From Archangium sp. (GTDB lineage: Bacteria; Myxococcota; Myxococcia; Myxococcales; Myxococcaceae), in contig JBKJSE010000164.1 in assembly GCA_046595925.1 (NCBI GenBank), positions 15,260 to 79,259 of the forward strand: DNA of 64,000 nucleotides, read 5' to 3'. A program made the translations under genes and the position numbers. This document shows positions 1 to 8,743 of this stretch, piece after piece. Under the pieces are notes generated by a model. That model was given only the letters and a program-made list of their open reading frames with translations. It ran no database searches and was not told the origin of the DNA. Within the stretch, counting starts at the first letter, position 1. Each line of letters opens with the position of its first letter.

Positions 1-477
1 TCGACGCTGCCCAATGGCACCGGCACGCGCGGGCGTGGTGCGAACGCGAACTTTCAGGGCGTGCTGCGACTCTCGGCCTCGGCGCTGGTCGACAACCAGC
101 AGGTGGGGGTGTTCGTGCTGCTCTCACGCGTCGAAGCGATCGACACGGTGGTGCTCGGCACGCGCGCGGACCCCGACGGGAGCTACGGCAACGGCCTCGA
201 GGTGCTCACCGATGGCGTCCTCACCTTCACGCGCGGTGCCGTCGAGGGCAGTTCCGGCATCGCGGCGGTGTTCGCTGAAAGCGCGGGCGGGCTCGATGGC
301 GTGCGCATCGCGAAGAACGCCATCGGCCTGCACGCACAGGACGGGTCGACGGTGGAAGAGCTCGCGAGCGTGCCAGCCGCACTGGGGGCTCGGCAGGTGG
401 CCGTCACCACCTCCACCCGCTTCGAGGAGAACCAGTCGAAGCTGAGTGCCGGCACGATTCCCCTTCCTCCTCCCTGA
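1..477 (+). CDS. C-terminal fragment of a secreted right-handed beta-helix repeat protein (gene starts upstream of the window)
   Basis: Frame 1 is open from base 1 to the stop at 475-477. It shows a repeating ~22-aa pattern (GVFVLLSRVEAIDTVV, GLEVLTDGVLTFTRGAV, GIAAVFAESAGGLDGVRIAKNAIGLHAQ) typical of parallel beta-helix coils. GC3 is high. Confidence 0.6.
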   Translation, partial: STLPNGTGTRGRGANANFQGVLRLSASALVDNQQVGVFVLLSRVEAIDTVVLGTRADPDGSYGNGLEVLTDGVLTFTRGAVEGSSGIAAVFAESAGGLDGVRIAKNAIGLHAQDGSTVEELASVPAALGARQVAVTTSTRFEENQSKLSAGTIPLPPP

Positions 478-535
478 TTTGCAGGGTCGGGGTGAGGGTC
501 GAACAGATTCTTGATCTGTCGTACGAGGCCCACCG

Positions 536-1000
536 ATGGCCGCCGCGACGAAGAGCAGAACAGAGGTCCTGGCGAGCCTGAAGCTCCTGAAGAAGGAGCG
601 GCCCCCCGAGGAACCGCTGCGCACGTTGTGCCACCACGGCTATCTCGTGGGCGGCCTGTCGATCGCGCTCGACGTGAAGATCGACGAAGCCCTCGGCCCG
701 CTGCTCGAGGCCATGGGAGGCGCTGCACGCAACATGAGGGTGCTCGACATTCAGGGCCCGGTCTTCAGCGTGCGCATCGGCGCGCAGGATCACGAGTGGG
801 AGCTCGATGGCGTCGAGTCGTTGATCGACACACTCAACCGTGCGTTCGCGACCGCGCCGGTGAACGCGCTGGTGCTGCTCGGAGAATGGGAAGACATGAT
901 TCAGGTCTGGGCGCTGCCGAAGCCCGTGGTCGCGACCTTGTGGGACCTCGACTGGTTTCGCCCACTGTCTCCCTTTCCCTTCGGGAGGCTGGTGAAATAG
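536..1000 (+). CDS. hypothetical cytoplasmic protein (154 aa)
   Basis: ATG start and strongly G/C-biased third positions across the whole ORF. No motif recognised. Confidence 0.6.
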   Translation: MAAATKSRTEVLASLKLLKKERPPEEPLRTLCHHGYLVGGLSIALDVKIDEALGPLLEAMGGAARNMRVLDIQGPVFSVRIGAQDHEWELDGVESLIDTLNRAFATAPVNALVLLGEWEDMIQVWALPKPVVATLWDLDWFRPLSPFPFGRLVK

Positions 1001-1205
1001 GTCGCCCAGCGGTCCCCCCGAGAGGGTTGACTGAAATAGGAATTGAGAACCCACCGTTCCCCCCGAGCGAAGTCGAGGGGTCACCTGCCGCGCTGTGCAG
1101 AGGTGGCATCTCGACTGCGCTCGATGCGAACGGTGGGTCTGTTCCTTCGGACGAAATCGCCGGCGAAGCCGGTCCCCTGCTCGGGATGATCGGTGTCCGG
1201 AGCAG

Positions 1206-3605
1206 TCAGGGCGCGCGGCGCAGGATGAGACCGTTCGGCCCCCCGACCCAGACACCCTGCCCTGCATCAGGCAACGGCCCGGCCCACACCGCCTTGAGCG
1301 GCTGATCACCGCGAATGGGAAGACTGACCCAGCTCGACCCCACGCGTTGGAAGACTCTGCTTTGACGCCGCCCCCCATCTGGAATGTCGCCGCCCACCAC
1401 GAACGCGTCGCCTCGAGCGGTGACCCAGGCCGACAAGAGATCTGCATCGACCGGACCTTCCGATACGAAGCCGGCGTCACCCTCTTCCCGATAGAGCGCG
1501 CCGTTGAGGCCCACCGCGATGACCAGCGAGCCGCCATCGCCCAGTCGCTCTGAGCCAATGGAGGTGAAGTCGTCTGCACCCACGCGCGGTGCCGACACGA
1601 GCCCGCCGTCACTCGTGACGGTGAACGCAAGCCCGCGTTGACCCAATGCCCACGAGGGCCCCTTTCCGCCCATCGTGGTGATCAGGTCGCCACCACCGTC
1701 GTAGAAGACCGCGCGGGGAACCTGGCTGATGGGCGTGCCCACGAGCCGGGTCACGTGAGGCAGCGCCGTCGGAGCCGGTTGAGTGCTGTTGGTGATCCAC
1801 CCGATGACGCCGCTCTCGACCCACATGCTGGTGCTGCGCGTGCGAGGAACCGTGGTGCGCGGGTCGTTCACGTTCCACGTCATGTTCGACGCCTGAAAGA
1901 AGAGAAACGGCGTGTCGTCGCCGAGCAGCCATTTGAAGCCCACGAAGTTCGCGCACGCGGTGAACTCGGAGCTGTCGGGCAACACGTGCGGCACCTGGTT
2001 CCACCGCGGAGCGCCCCCGGTGGTGGTGCGCTCGAGCGAGAGCGGAGCACAGAGCGCCCCGGTGCAATTCGCGGCGCCCTCGGAAGCAGCCAACAGATCG
2101 GTGCTGGTGTAGCCACACAGCCCGTTGATGTTGAGATCGGTGCCGGCGGAGATCGCAGCGAGCCCGCCATCGGGAATCGAGAACGCAGCCACCTGCCCGG
2201 CCCGGCCCTCGACCATCGGTCCCACCTCGAGCGGCGCGAGCGCGCTCCACGACTTGCCCCGGCGCGCGACGCGGGTACCTCCATCGACGACGTGCAGGAA
2301 GACTCCGTTCTCGCCGGCCGCGAAGAAATCGTCGCTGGTGAAGCCGCGCACGACCTTGAGCTCATCGGGTACGCGCGCCACTTCCTCCCAACCGGCGTCA
2401 GCGCCGCGGCGGAGCACGAGACCCACGCGGCCCAGGCCGATTCCCGCGTCGGCGAGGCCAGCGATGAAGAAGCCGCCGTCGGGAGAAACCCACAACGAAT
2501 TGCCTCTGATCAACGGAGGGCGGCTCGCACGATCCCAGATGGTGGTGGTGGCACCCGCGTCGCCTTCACGCATCAGCCCCGCGCGCGGCTGAACCAAGCT
2601 GTACGTTCCGAGCGCGTAGAGTCGGCCGTCAGGACCTTCGGCCACGTCGTTGAGATCGATCGGACCATCGGTGAGCGCGTCGTCCACCCAATCTCCGGCG
2701 TCCGTGCGCCGAAGGATGGAGTTGCTCCGACCGACGACGATCGAAGCGCTGTTGGCGCGCGCCCAGACCGCGCGAAATTGCGGCGTCGCGGGGAACGCGA
2801 GCGGCTCCTGCGTCCAGCTCGAACCGTCGTAGTGAAGGATGGTGCCCTGCGTGCCGACGATGAAGATGTCTTGCGATGAGGTGCCGTGCACACCGAGAAA
2901 ATCAACCCCTTCGCCCACTGCGGGCAGCGCGAGGATCGAGTGGTGTTCGCCATTCCAGAGCAGCGCCGTCGCGTTGTCGCCGACGAAGTAGACCTCACGC
3001 GGTCCAGCCACCCACGCCGCGCGGATGGTGTTGCCCTGCGGGAGCGGATTCTCGAAGCACCAACCCTCTTGCGTGCACAGCCGCGGGGTGTCGCAGCGAT
3101 TCTGACGAGCGACGCCGCACTCGCTGCCGGCTGAACAACCACCGCAGTACGTCTCGCCGCAGCCTGCGTCGAAGTAGCCGCAGAAGTTCGTGGGGCACGC
3201 GGTGCATCCGTTGCCTCCGCCGCCGCCCGTGGTGCCACCTCCACCGCCGACTCCACCACCGACTGCGCCGACTCCACCACCGACTGCGCCGCCACCACCA
3301 CCGACTGCGCCGCCACCACCGCCGACTGCGCCACCACCACCGCCGACTGCGCCACCTCCACCGCCGGTTTCACCGCCGCCGCCGCCGAGCATCGCTCCGC
3401 CACCACCACCGGTGATCGCGCCGCCTCCACCGCCGGATCCAGAATCGACCGGCTCAGCGGCCGCGTGGCAGTAACCGTCGCTCCAGCAGACGTAGCCGGA
3501 CTGCAGACACGCGCCGCTCGACTCACAGCGGTAGAGCACTGCCGGATCGAGTTCATCGCAGCCGCTCGCGACGACAAGCAACACCATGACGGCCCGCTTC
3601 ACCAT
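1206..3605 (-). CDS. lipoprotein with a poly-Gly tether, a Cys-rich module and a BNR/Ycf48-like beta-propeller body (799 aa)
   Basis: Lipobox MVKRAVMVLLVVASGC, a ~70-residue Gly tract and a Cys-rich segment. Repeated blades of the type GTILHYDGSSWTQE / VWA..S..VVG. The ATG at 3605 overlaps the stop of the upstream gene. Confidence 0.8.
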   Translation of the reverse strand: MVKRAVMVLLVVASGCDELDPAVLYRCESSGACLQSGYVCWSDGYCHAAAEPVDSGSGGGGGAITGGGGGAMLGGGGGETGGGGGAVGGGGGAVGGGGGAVGGGGGAVGGGVGAVGGGVGGGGGTTGGGGGNGCTACPTNFCGYFDAGCGETYCGGCSAGSECGVARQNRCDTPRLCTQEGWCFENPLPQGNTIRAAWVAGPREVYFVGDNATALLWNGEHHSILALPAVGEGVDFLGVHGTSSQDIFIVGTQGTILHYDGSSWTQEPLAFPATPQFRAVWARANSASIVVGRSNSILRRTDAGDWVDDALTDGPIDLNDVAEGPDGRLYALGTYSLVQPRAGLMREGDAGATTTIWDRASRPPLIRGNSLWVSPDGGFFIAGLADAGIGLGRVGLVLRRGADAGWEEVARVPDELKVVRGFTSDDFFAAGENGVFLHVVDGGTRVARRGKSWSALAPLEVGPMVEGRAGQVAAFSIPDGGLAAISAGTDLNINGLCGYTSTDLLAASEGAANCTGALCAPLSLERTTTGGAPRWNQVPHVLPDSSEFTACANFVGFKWLLGDDTPFLFFQASNMTWNVNDPRTTVPRTRSTSMWVESGVIGWITNSTQPAPTALPHVTRLVGTPISQVPRAVFYDGGGDLITTMGGKGPSWALGQRGLAFTVTSDGGLVSAPRVGADDFTSIGSERLGDGGSLVIAVGLNGALYREEGDAGFVSEGPVDADLLSAWVTARGDAFVVGGDIPDGGRRQSRVFQRVGSSWVSLPIRGDQPLKAVWAGPLPDAGQGVWVGGPNGLILRRAP
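3240..3365 (-). repeat. 21-nt tandem repeat (5-6 units) encoding GGGGGAV heptads
   Basis: gactgcgcc recurs at 3261, 3282, 3303, 3324 and 3345, an exact 21-nt period. Confidence 0.85.
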
Positions 3606-4411
3606 GTGATCACCGCCGCAGTACCAAGGCCCAGACCGACCGCCGCAAGGCCACCCGCGATGCCGAGCTCGACCCCACCCGCCGCGGCGCGGCGCTGCAC
3701 TTCAGAAGCGGAATACGCAGACCGCTGCACACCATCGATCTCGCTCGTGCGGTACGCCTCAGCGCGGCCATTGAGCCCCGAGACCAGCAAGCCCGTCGCA
3801 ATGCCGAGGGCGACCACGCCGGCACCCGCCAGCACGAACGACGTCACGTGCGACTTCGGAGGAGGCGGAGGCAGCGGAGGGATGATCACCGGCGGGGGCT
3901 CCGTCTTCACGACCGGCTCGGACACCTTCACTCGAGGCGGCGGCGTTTCGACCACGGGCCGATCTCCGAGCTGCGTGAGCACGCGCGCCGAGAACGAAGC
4001 CAGCTGATCAGCCGTGACCTTCGCTTGAGGACCCAGAATGAGCGCCTCCTGCTCGAGCACCACACCGTCCTCAACGCGCAACAGCTCGAGCGCGATGGAG
4101 CGATCGCTGCCCACCTGGCTCAACGACAACGAGATGACGTACGCCACCGCGAGTTGCCGGCCGAGCTCACTGACGCAGGCCTTGCGACCGTTGCACGCCG
4201 ACGCGTCTTTGAGACCCAGTCTCGACAGGCTCGTGCGTGCCGCGTCGGCGTCGAGCTTGATGGGCACACGCGCTGAAACGAGGTGCGTCGAGATGGCCTG
4301 CGAGAGCACCTGAGCGTCCACAGCGTTCAGCGAGGTGCGGCGGCCGACGAGCACTGCCGCAGCAGGGTCGACCGCGCCCATCGACCACGTGATCAACACC
4401 GCACAAATCAT
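3599..4411 (-). CDS. membrane-anchored Pro-rich protein, partner of the upstream kinase (270 aa)
   Basis: N-terminal signal-like segment, a PPPRVKVSEPVVKTEPPPVIIPPLPPPPP linker and a C-terminal TM helix (FVLAGAGVVALGIATGLLV). Same strand as the kinase, 19 nt downstream of it. Confidence 0.7.
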   Translation of the reverse strand: MICAVLITWSMGAVDPAAAVLVGRRTSLNAVDAQVLSQAISTHLVSARVPIKLDADAARTSLSRLGLKDASACNGRKACVSELGRQLAVAYVISLSLSQVGSDRSIALELLRVEDGVVLEQEALILGPQAKVTADQLASFSARVLTQLGDRPVVETPPPRVKVSEPVVKTEPPPVIIPPLPPPPPKSHVTSFVLAGAGVVALGIATGLLVSGLNGRAEAYRTSEIDGVQRSAYSASEVQRRAAAGGVELGIAGGLAAVGLGLGTAAVITW

Positions 4412-4430
4412 CGGGCAAATACTCTCACGT

Positions 4431-5921
4431 TCAACGGCGCAAGAACGTCTGGTCGAAGGCCTTGAGGTTCTCCGAGAGGCGCTGACGATCTTCGGCCGTG
4501 TCCAGCATAGTGGCTTCGACCTTGTACTTGCGCAGCAGCGTGAGGGCTGAGGGGTCGGGGTCCTCCCCTTCGGGAGTGGCCCGAGCGAGCGCGCGCTCCA
4601 TCGCTGCGATCCGGCTCTTCAGCTCAGCGGCGGACGGAGGTGTCTTCACCTGGCGCACCAGCTTCGGGGGCGCTGCGACGGGAACCGGCTGCACCGGCAC
4701 GGGCACAGGTGCTGGCTCAACGACGACCGGGTCGAGCACGGGAGCAACCACGGGCACGACCACCGGGGGCGGCTGCGCGGCGACCGGCTTCACCGGTTCG
4801 ACCTGCGAGACGGAAGCGATGGCCGCGATCAGCAGCAGGCACAACGCGACCAACCCCACCACGTACGGCCAGCGGCGTTGCTTGAGCGCGCGATGACTGA
4901 CGAAGGTGGCCGCGTGGAGATCGACCGACATCTGGGAGACCGGCTTGAGCCCATCGGGCGTCATCAACGGTTTGTACGCACGGCTGACGTACTCACCCGA
5001 CACTGGGTCCACCGTCTCGTAGCCGGGCGCAGCCTCGAGGGTGCGCGCGATCGCGATGAGCTCGGCGCGCACCTCTTCCGCCGTCTGCGGCCGATCGTCC
5101 CAGTGCTTCTCGAGCATTCGGCTGATCAAGCGCTCCAACGCTTCAGGGCACTCAGGTGCGAGCACGCGTGCCTGGGGAATGGGCGACGAGACGTGCTGCA
5201 TCAGCACCTCCATCGGCGCCGAGGCCGCGTAGGGAAGTTCGCCGGTGACCATCTCGTAGGCGATCACGCCCAGCGCGTAGAGATCGGTGCGGCCGCTCAC
5301 GCTCTGACCGCGCGCCTGCTCGGGGGCCATGTAGTTGGGCGTGCCGGTGACCTGCGCACGGCTGGTCTGCTCGGTCGTGCCGTCGAGACTGAGCCCCTTC
5401 TTCGCGAGGCCGAAGTCGAGCAGCTTGAGGTAGCGCTCTCCGTCGGGGCTCTGGCACACGAAGACGTTCGAGGGCTTGAGATCCCGGTGGATGACGCCGG
5501 CCCGATGCGCTGCAGCCAGGGGCGCAGACATCGCGATGAGCAGCGAGAGGGTCTCGGCCAGTGGAATGCGACCGTGCGCGGCGAGGTACGCGTCGAGCGG
5601 CTGCCCCTCGAGGAACTCCATCACGATGTAGGGGCGGCCATCGGGGAGCATGCCGAAGCTGAAGATGTCGATGATGTTGCGATGGCGGATCGAGTTCACC
5701 GCGACCGCTTCATCTGCCAACCGGCGCACCTGCGTGGCGTCGCCCGCCATGTTCGGCTTGAGCACCTTGATGGCGACCCGCTTCTTGATGACGGGCTGCA
5801 CACCTCTGTACACGACGCCCATCCCCCCCTCTCCCACCGCTTCCAACACATCGTATTCACCCAGCCGCGTGCCGATCAGCGGGTCGACGGACATCGACTG
5901 TGTGGAGTTCGTGCCGCGCAT
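4431..5921 (-). CDS. Ser/Thr protein kinase, membrane-anchored, Pro/Val-rich C-terminal region
   Basis: Hanks motifs GEGGMGVVYRG, AIK, HRDLKPSNVF, DFGLAK, GTPNYMAPEQ. The ORF-track start at 5933 is TTG. I prefer the ATG at 5921 (MRGTNST...). Confidence 0.9.
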   Translation of the reverse strand: MRGTNSTQSMSVDPLIGTRLGEYDVLEAVGEGGMGVVYRGVQPVIKKRVAIKVLKPNMAGDATQVRRLADEAVAVNSIRHRNIIDIFSFGMLPDGRPYIVMEFLEGQPLDAYLAAHGRIPLAETLSLLIAMSAPLAAAHRAGVIHRDLKPSNVFVCQSPDGERYLKLLDFGLAKKGLSLDGTTEQTSRAQVTGTPNYMAPEQARGQSVSGRTDLYALGVIAYEMVTGELPYAASAPMEVLMQHVSSPIPQARVLAPECPEALERLISRMLEKHWDDRPQTAEEVRAELIAIARTLEAAPGYETVDPVSGEYVSRAYKPLMTPDGLKPVSQMSVDLHAATFVSHRALKQRRWPYVVGLVALCLLLIAAIASVSQVEPVKPVAAQPPPVVVPVVAPVLDPVVVEPAPVPVPVQPVPVAAPPKLVRQVKTPPSAAELKSRIAAMERALARATPEGEDPDPSALTLLRKYKVEATMLDTAEDRQRLSENLKAFDQTFLRR

Positions 5922-5954
5922 CGGGGGAGCCAATGGTGAGCGTACTTGAAGGGT

Positions 5955-6389
5955 TCAGAGTCCGGTGATGCGAATGCTCAAGCCGACGCGCCCCGCGGCG
6001 ATCGGCGAGACGCTCAGCACCGGGCCCGTCGTCGCTGGTGCTGGTGTCTCGAACAGGTGCATCGCGCCCAGCGACAGCCCGACCAACTGCAACAGGCCGG
6101 TCGTGTAGAGCAACGCGCGCTCGCTCCCGGACAGCGAATCGCTGCCCGCGGTCATCCACGGGCCGAACACCGGGGTTGCGAGCAGCACGCCCTGCCCGTC
6201 GAGGGTGTCCTTGCGCAGCGAGTGCAGCGCCGCTTCGATGTTCGTTCGACTCTGCGGCACGTACCAGGACGAGGTGATCAGCCCGAGCAGATCGACCCGG
6301 GCGCGCAACATGCCCGTTCGGACGGTGCTCGCCGGCGGCTGATCAGCCATCGGACTTGCGGCGAGCAGCGTTGCCAGGACGACGAACAT
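5955..6389 (-). CDS. small secreted protein (144 aa), first gene of the kinase operon
   Basis: Only the 3-prime 435 nt of the 445-aa track ORF has good codon bias. ATG at 6389, signal peptide MFVVLATLLAASPMA. It ends 22 nt before the kinase start. Confidence 0.55.
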   Translation of the reverse strand: MFVVLATLLAASPMADQPPASTVRTGMLRARVDLLGLITSSWYVPQSRTNIEAALHSLRKDTLDGQGVLLATPVFGPWMTAGSDSLSGSERALLYTTGLLQLVGLSLGAMHLFETPAPATTGPVLSVSPIAAGRVGLSIRITGL

Positions 6390-6606
6390 GCACTGAGGCG
6401 AAGCAGGGCCCGTGCCGTCGAAGGCCCCTCTGAGCCGAGGGCGAACAGCGCGCCATCTCACCTCGCAGTGCGGCGTGATGGCGCAAGGGTCGCGAAGTGG
6501 CGAATCGCGACAACGAGGTCGTGTTTGTCGTGGTTCGGCCCGGCCCCGAGTCGCGTCTGCCTCGGAAGATGTCTGGCATTCGCAGTGCAAAGCAGGCGAG
6601 TCCCTC

Positions 6607-8100
6607 ATGCGAAACCTGCTCGTGTTCACCTCGATCTCCTCCCTGCTTGCATGCACTCCCCTCTCGAACCCGCGCTGTGAAGCCGACGCCGGTGAAGCGA
6701 CGAACGAGGTGCAGTTTCGCCTGGTGAACCTGGGCCGCGAACCGGTCACCGTGACGCTCGAAGGCGAAGAGAAGGGCCAGGTCGTGCTCCCGCTGCAGTC
6801 GGTGGCGAAGACCGGCCACGTCACGTTGATCAAGCAGCGCGGCTCGGTGCAGGCGCGGGACTTCGCGGCCGATGGCACCAGGACGCCCGTCACGCTCCCC
6901 TTCGAGTTCGACACCACCGCCGGCGAGCCGGTCACCTTCGTGGTGCAGGACACCACGCCTTCAGGCAGTTCGATGAAGTTGACGATCGCCAGGCAAACCC
7001 AGGGCGCGACGTTCGGCGAGAAGGTCAACGCGGGCCTCGCGACCGCCCACTTCGAAGTCGGCGTGGACACCGACGGTGACTGCATGACCGACTTCGGCGG
7101 CACGGCCGGGACGCTGGCGAAGATGGGCCTGCGCAATGACGCCGACGTCTCGGCGTGCGCGAACACCGCCGACCTCGAGTTCTCCCGCCCGCCCGAGGCC
7201 GACGTCGAGGCCTCGCCGTACTTCGTGCAAGGCAAGAACGGTGAGCTGCAGGTGGCCTGGGTCGGCAAGGTGAACGCAGGCCTGCACGCCACGGGGAGTG
7301 CGCTCGGCCAAGGCGCTTCGTTGCTCGGTGGTGCGTTGCCCGGCGGCTCGGTGATCAGCGCGGCAGTGAGCAGCTTCTACGTGCTCAACGCGGGCTCGAC
7401 GCCCGCGACCGTTTCGTTTGGTGACGTCGAGGTCGCGCGCCAGGTCTCTCCCGGCGCGTTGGTGCGCGTGAACCCCAGCGAGGTCAGCCGCGCGATTCGC
7501 AGCAGCGTGGACTCCAGCGGTCAACGCGGTGGGGTGATCGCCGCCATCGTGGTTGGCGCGATCCGCAGCTCGGTGAACGTCGGCGTGCTCGATGATGAAG
7601 ACACCCTGCTGGTGATCTCCGAAGACCTGACCAGCTCGGCCACGGTGCTCAAGTCGAAGAAAGACGCCGTCAAGGGCGTGCTCAACGTCATTCGACGGAC
7701 CATCGCGTTCAGCACCACCTCGACGCTCGAGACGAAGGGCTGCGTCCTGGTGCTCCCCACCGACGACACCTGCGTGATGGGGCCAGCGACGGTGAAGGCT
7801 GGTTCGTATGGAGGGGGCTCCCCCGCCGCACAGGCTTCGTATGCGGCCACCGGCATGGTGCTCTTTCCGCCTGCCGCCTCGCCTGCGCAGGGCACCTCGA
7901 TGCGCTTCGGGGTCGAGGAGTCGGGCGTCGTCGCCCGTCGTTTCATGTGGCTGAGCCCGGCGGGACTGACGCCTGTCGCAGACAAGGCCCCGGGTGGTTT
8001 CGCGATCGTCGGCGCGGGCCCCGGCGTCGATCAGCGCAGCCTGTTCTTCGTCGACACCACGGTCAGCCCGTGGACGGTGCAGGCTTCGCTCTCGCGTTGA
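6607..8100 (+). CDS. lipoprotein, function unknown (497 aa)
   Basis: ATG at 6607 gives the lipobox MRNLLVFTSISSLLAC. The upstream part of the track ORF (from 6412) is Arg-rich noise. Confidence 0.75.
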   Translation: MRNLLVFTSISSLLACTPLSNPRCEADAGEATNEVQFRLVNLGREPVTVTLEGEEKGQVVLPLQSVAKTGHVTLIKQRGSVQARDFAADGTRTPVTLPFEFDTTAGEPVTFVVQDTTPSGSSMKLTIARQTQGATFGEKVNAGLATAHFEVGVDTDGDCMTDFGGTAGTLAKMGLRNDADVSACANTADLEFSRPPEADVEASPYFVQGKNGELQVAWVGKVNAGLHATGSALGQGASLLGGALPGGSVISAAVSSFYVLNAGSTPATVSFGDVEVARQVSPGALVRVNPSEVSRAIRSSVDSSGQRGGVIAAIVVGAIRSSVNVGVLDDEDTLLVISEDLTSSATVLKSKKDAVKGVLNVIRRTIAFSTTSTLETKGCVLVLPTDDTCVMGPATVKAGSYGGGSPAAQASYAATGMVLFPPAASPAQGTSMRFGVEESGVVARRFMWLSPAGLTPVADKAPGGFAIVGAGPGVDQRSLFFVDTTVSPWTVQASLSR

Positions 8101-8185
8101 GCGAGCGGCGACGTCTCCGAGCACCGCACCTCGCCACATCTCGTGAAGCGTCGACTTGTGCCCCGCACCGATTAGGTTTCGCGCC

Positions 8186-8743
8186 GTGAGTTCGTTGCTC
8201 GAAGCCATCGCTCAGTGGGACACCCGGTCGAGCCTGGCGCTGCAGTCGCGCCGCGCCCGCGCGCCCAACCTCTTCTTCTCCGCGCTCTCGTGGTCGGGTG
8301 CAGGCGGCGTGTGGTTCGCGCTCGCGGGCGTCTTGTGGCTCACGAACCGGCAGGGCCTCGACTTCATGCCTCGGCAGATGTCGTTCCTCATCGCGATGAT
8401 CGCGGCGCTCGCGGCGTTGTTGGTCGGCGGCATCGTCAAGCGCCTGGCGGGCCGACGCCGTCCCTTCGCCACCGAGCGAGGCATCAGCGCGGCCATCTGG
8501 GCACCCGGACCCACCCGGTCGTTTCCTTCCACGCATGCCGCCACCGCCATCGCGCTTGCCGTGGCGCTCTTCGTGATCGGTCATCCGTTCGCGCCGTGGG
8601 TAGCGCTCTGGGCGCTGGGCGTTTCGTTCTCGCGGGTCTGGCTGGGCGTGCACTTTCCCTCTGACGTGTTGTCGGGCGCCGCGATGGGAGTGGGCTTCGG
8701 GCTGCTGCCCTGGGAGCGGCTGTTTCAGGTGTCGTCAGTCTGA
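8186..8743 (+). CDS. PAP2-family lipid phosphatase (undecaprenyl-diphosphate / phosphatidic acid phosphatase type)
   Basis: The three PAP2 motifs: KRLAGRRRP, PSTH, SRVWLGVHFPSD. Multiple TM helices. A GTG start at 8186 is likely; the track start at 8156 is TTG. Confidence 0.85.
   Translation: MSSLLEAIAQWDTRSSLALQSRRARAPNLFFSALSWSGAGGVWFALAGVLWLTNRQGLDFMPRQMSFLIAMIAALAALLVGGIVKRLAGRRRPFATERGISAAIWAPGPTRSFPSTHAATAIALAVALFVIGHPFAPWVALWALGVSFSRVWLGVHFPSDVLSGAAMGVGFGLLPWERLFQVSSV

Noticed and set aside
3190-3474. 94-aa poly-Pro ORF on the + strand (PPPPTAPPPPPTAPP...)
   Set aside because: It is the antisense shadow of the GGGGGAV-encoding tandem repeat in the 799-aa lipoprotein gene. The same applies to 21380-21841, 19793-20656 and 43684-44415, which lie opposite other Gly tracts.
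6489-6511. Inverted repeat GTCGCGA-N9-TCGCGAC in the divergent region between the kinase operon and the lipoprotein gene
   Set aside because: It is real in the sequence, but a 7-bp GC-rich inverted repeat is expected by chance in DNA of this composition, and nothing ties it to a regulator. Not promoted to a finding.
5955-7292. 445-aa minus-strand ORF
   Set aside because: Only its last 144 codons (5955-6389) have coding-like composition and a signal peptide. The rest overlaps the well-supported + strand lipoprotein gene (6607-8100) and the intergenic region.
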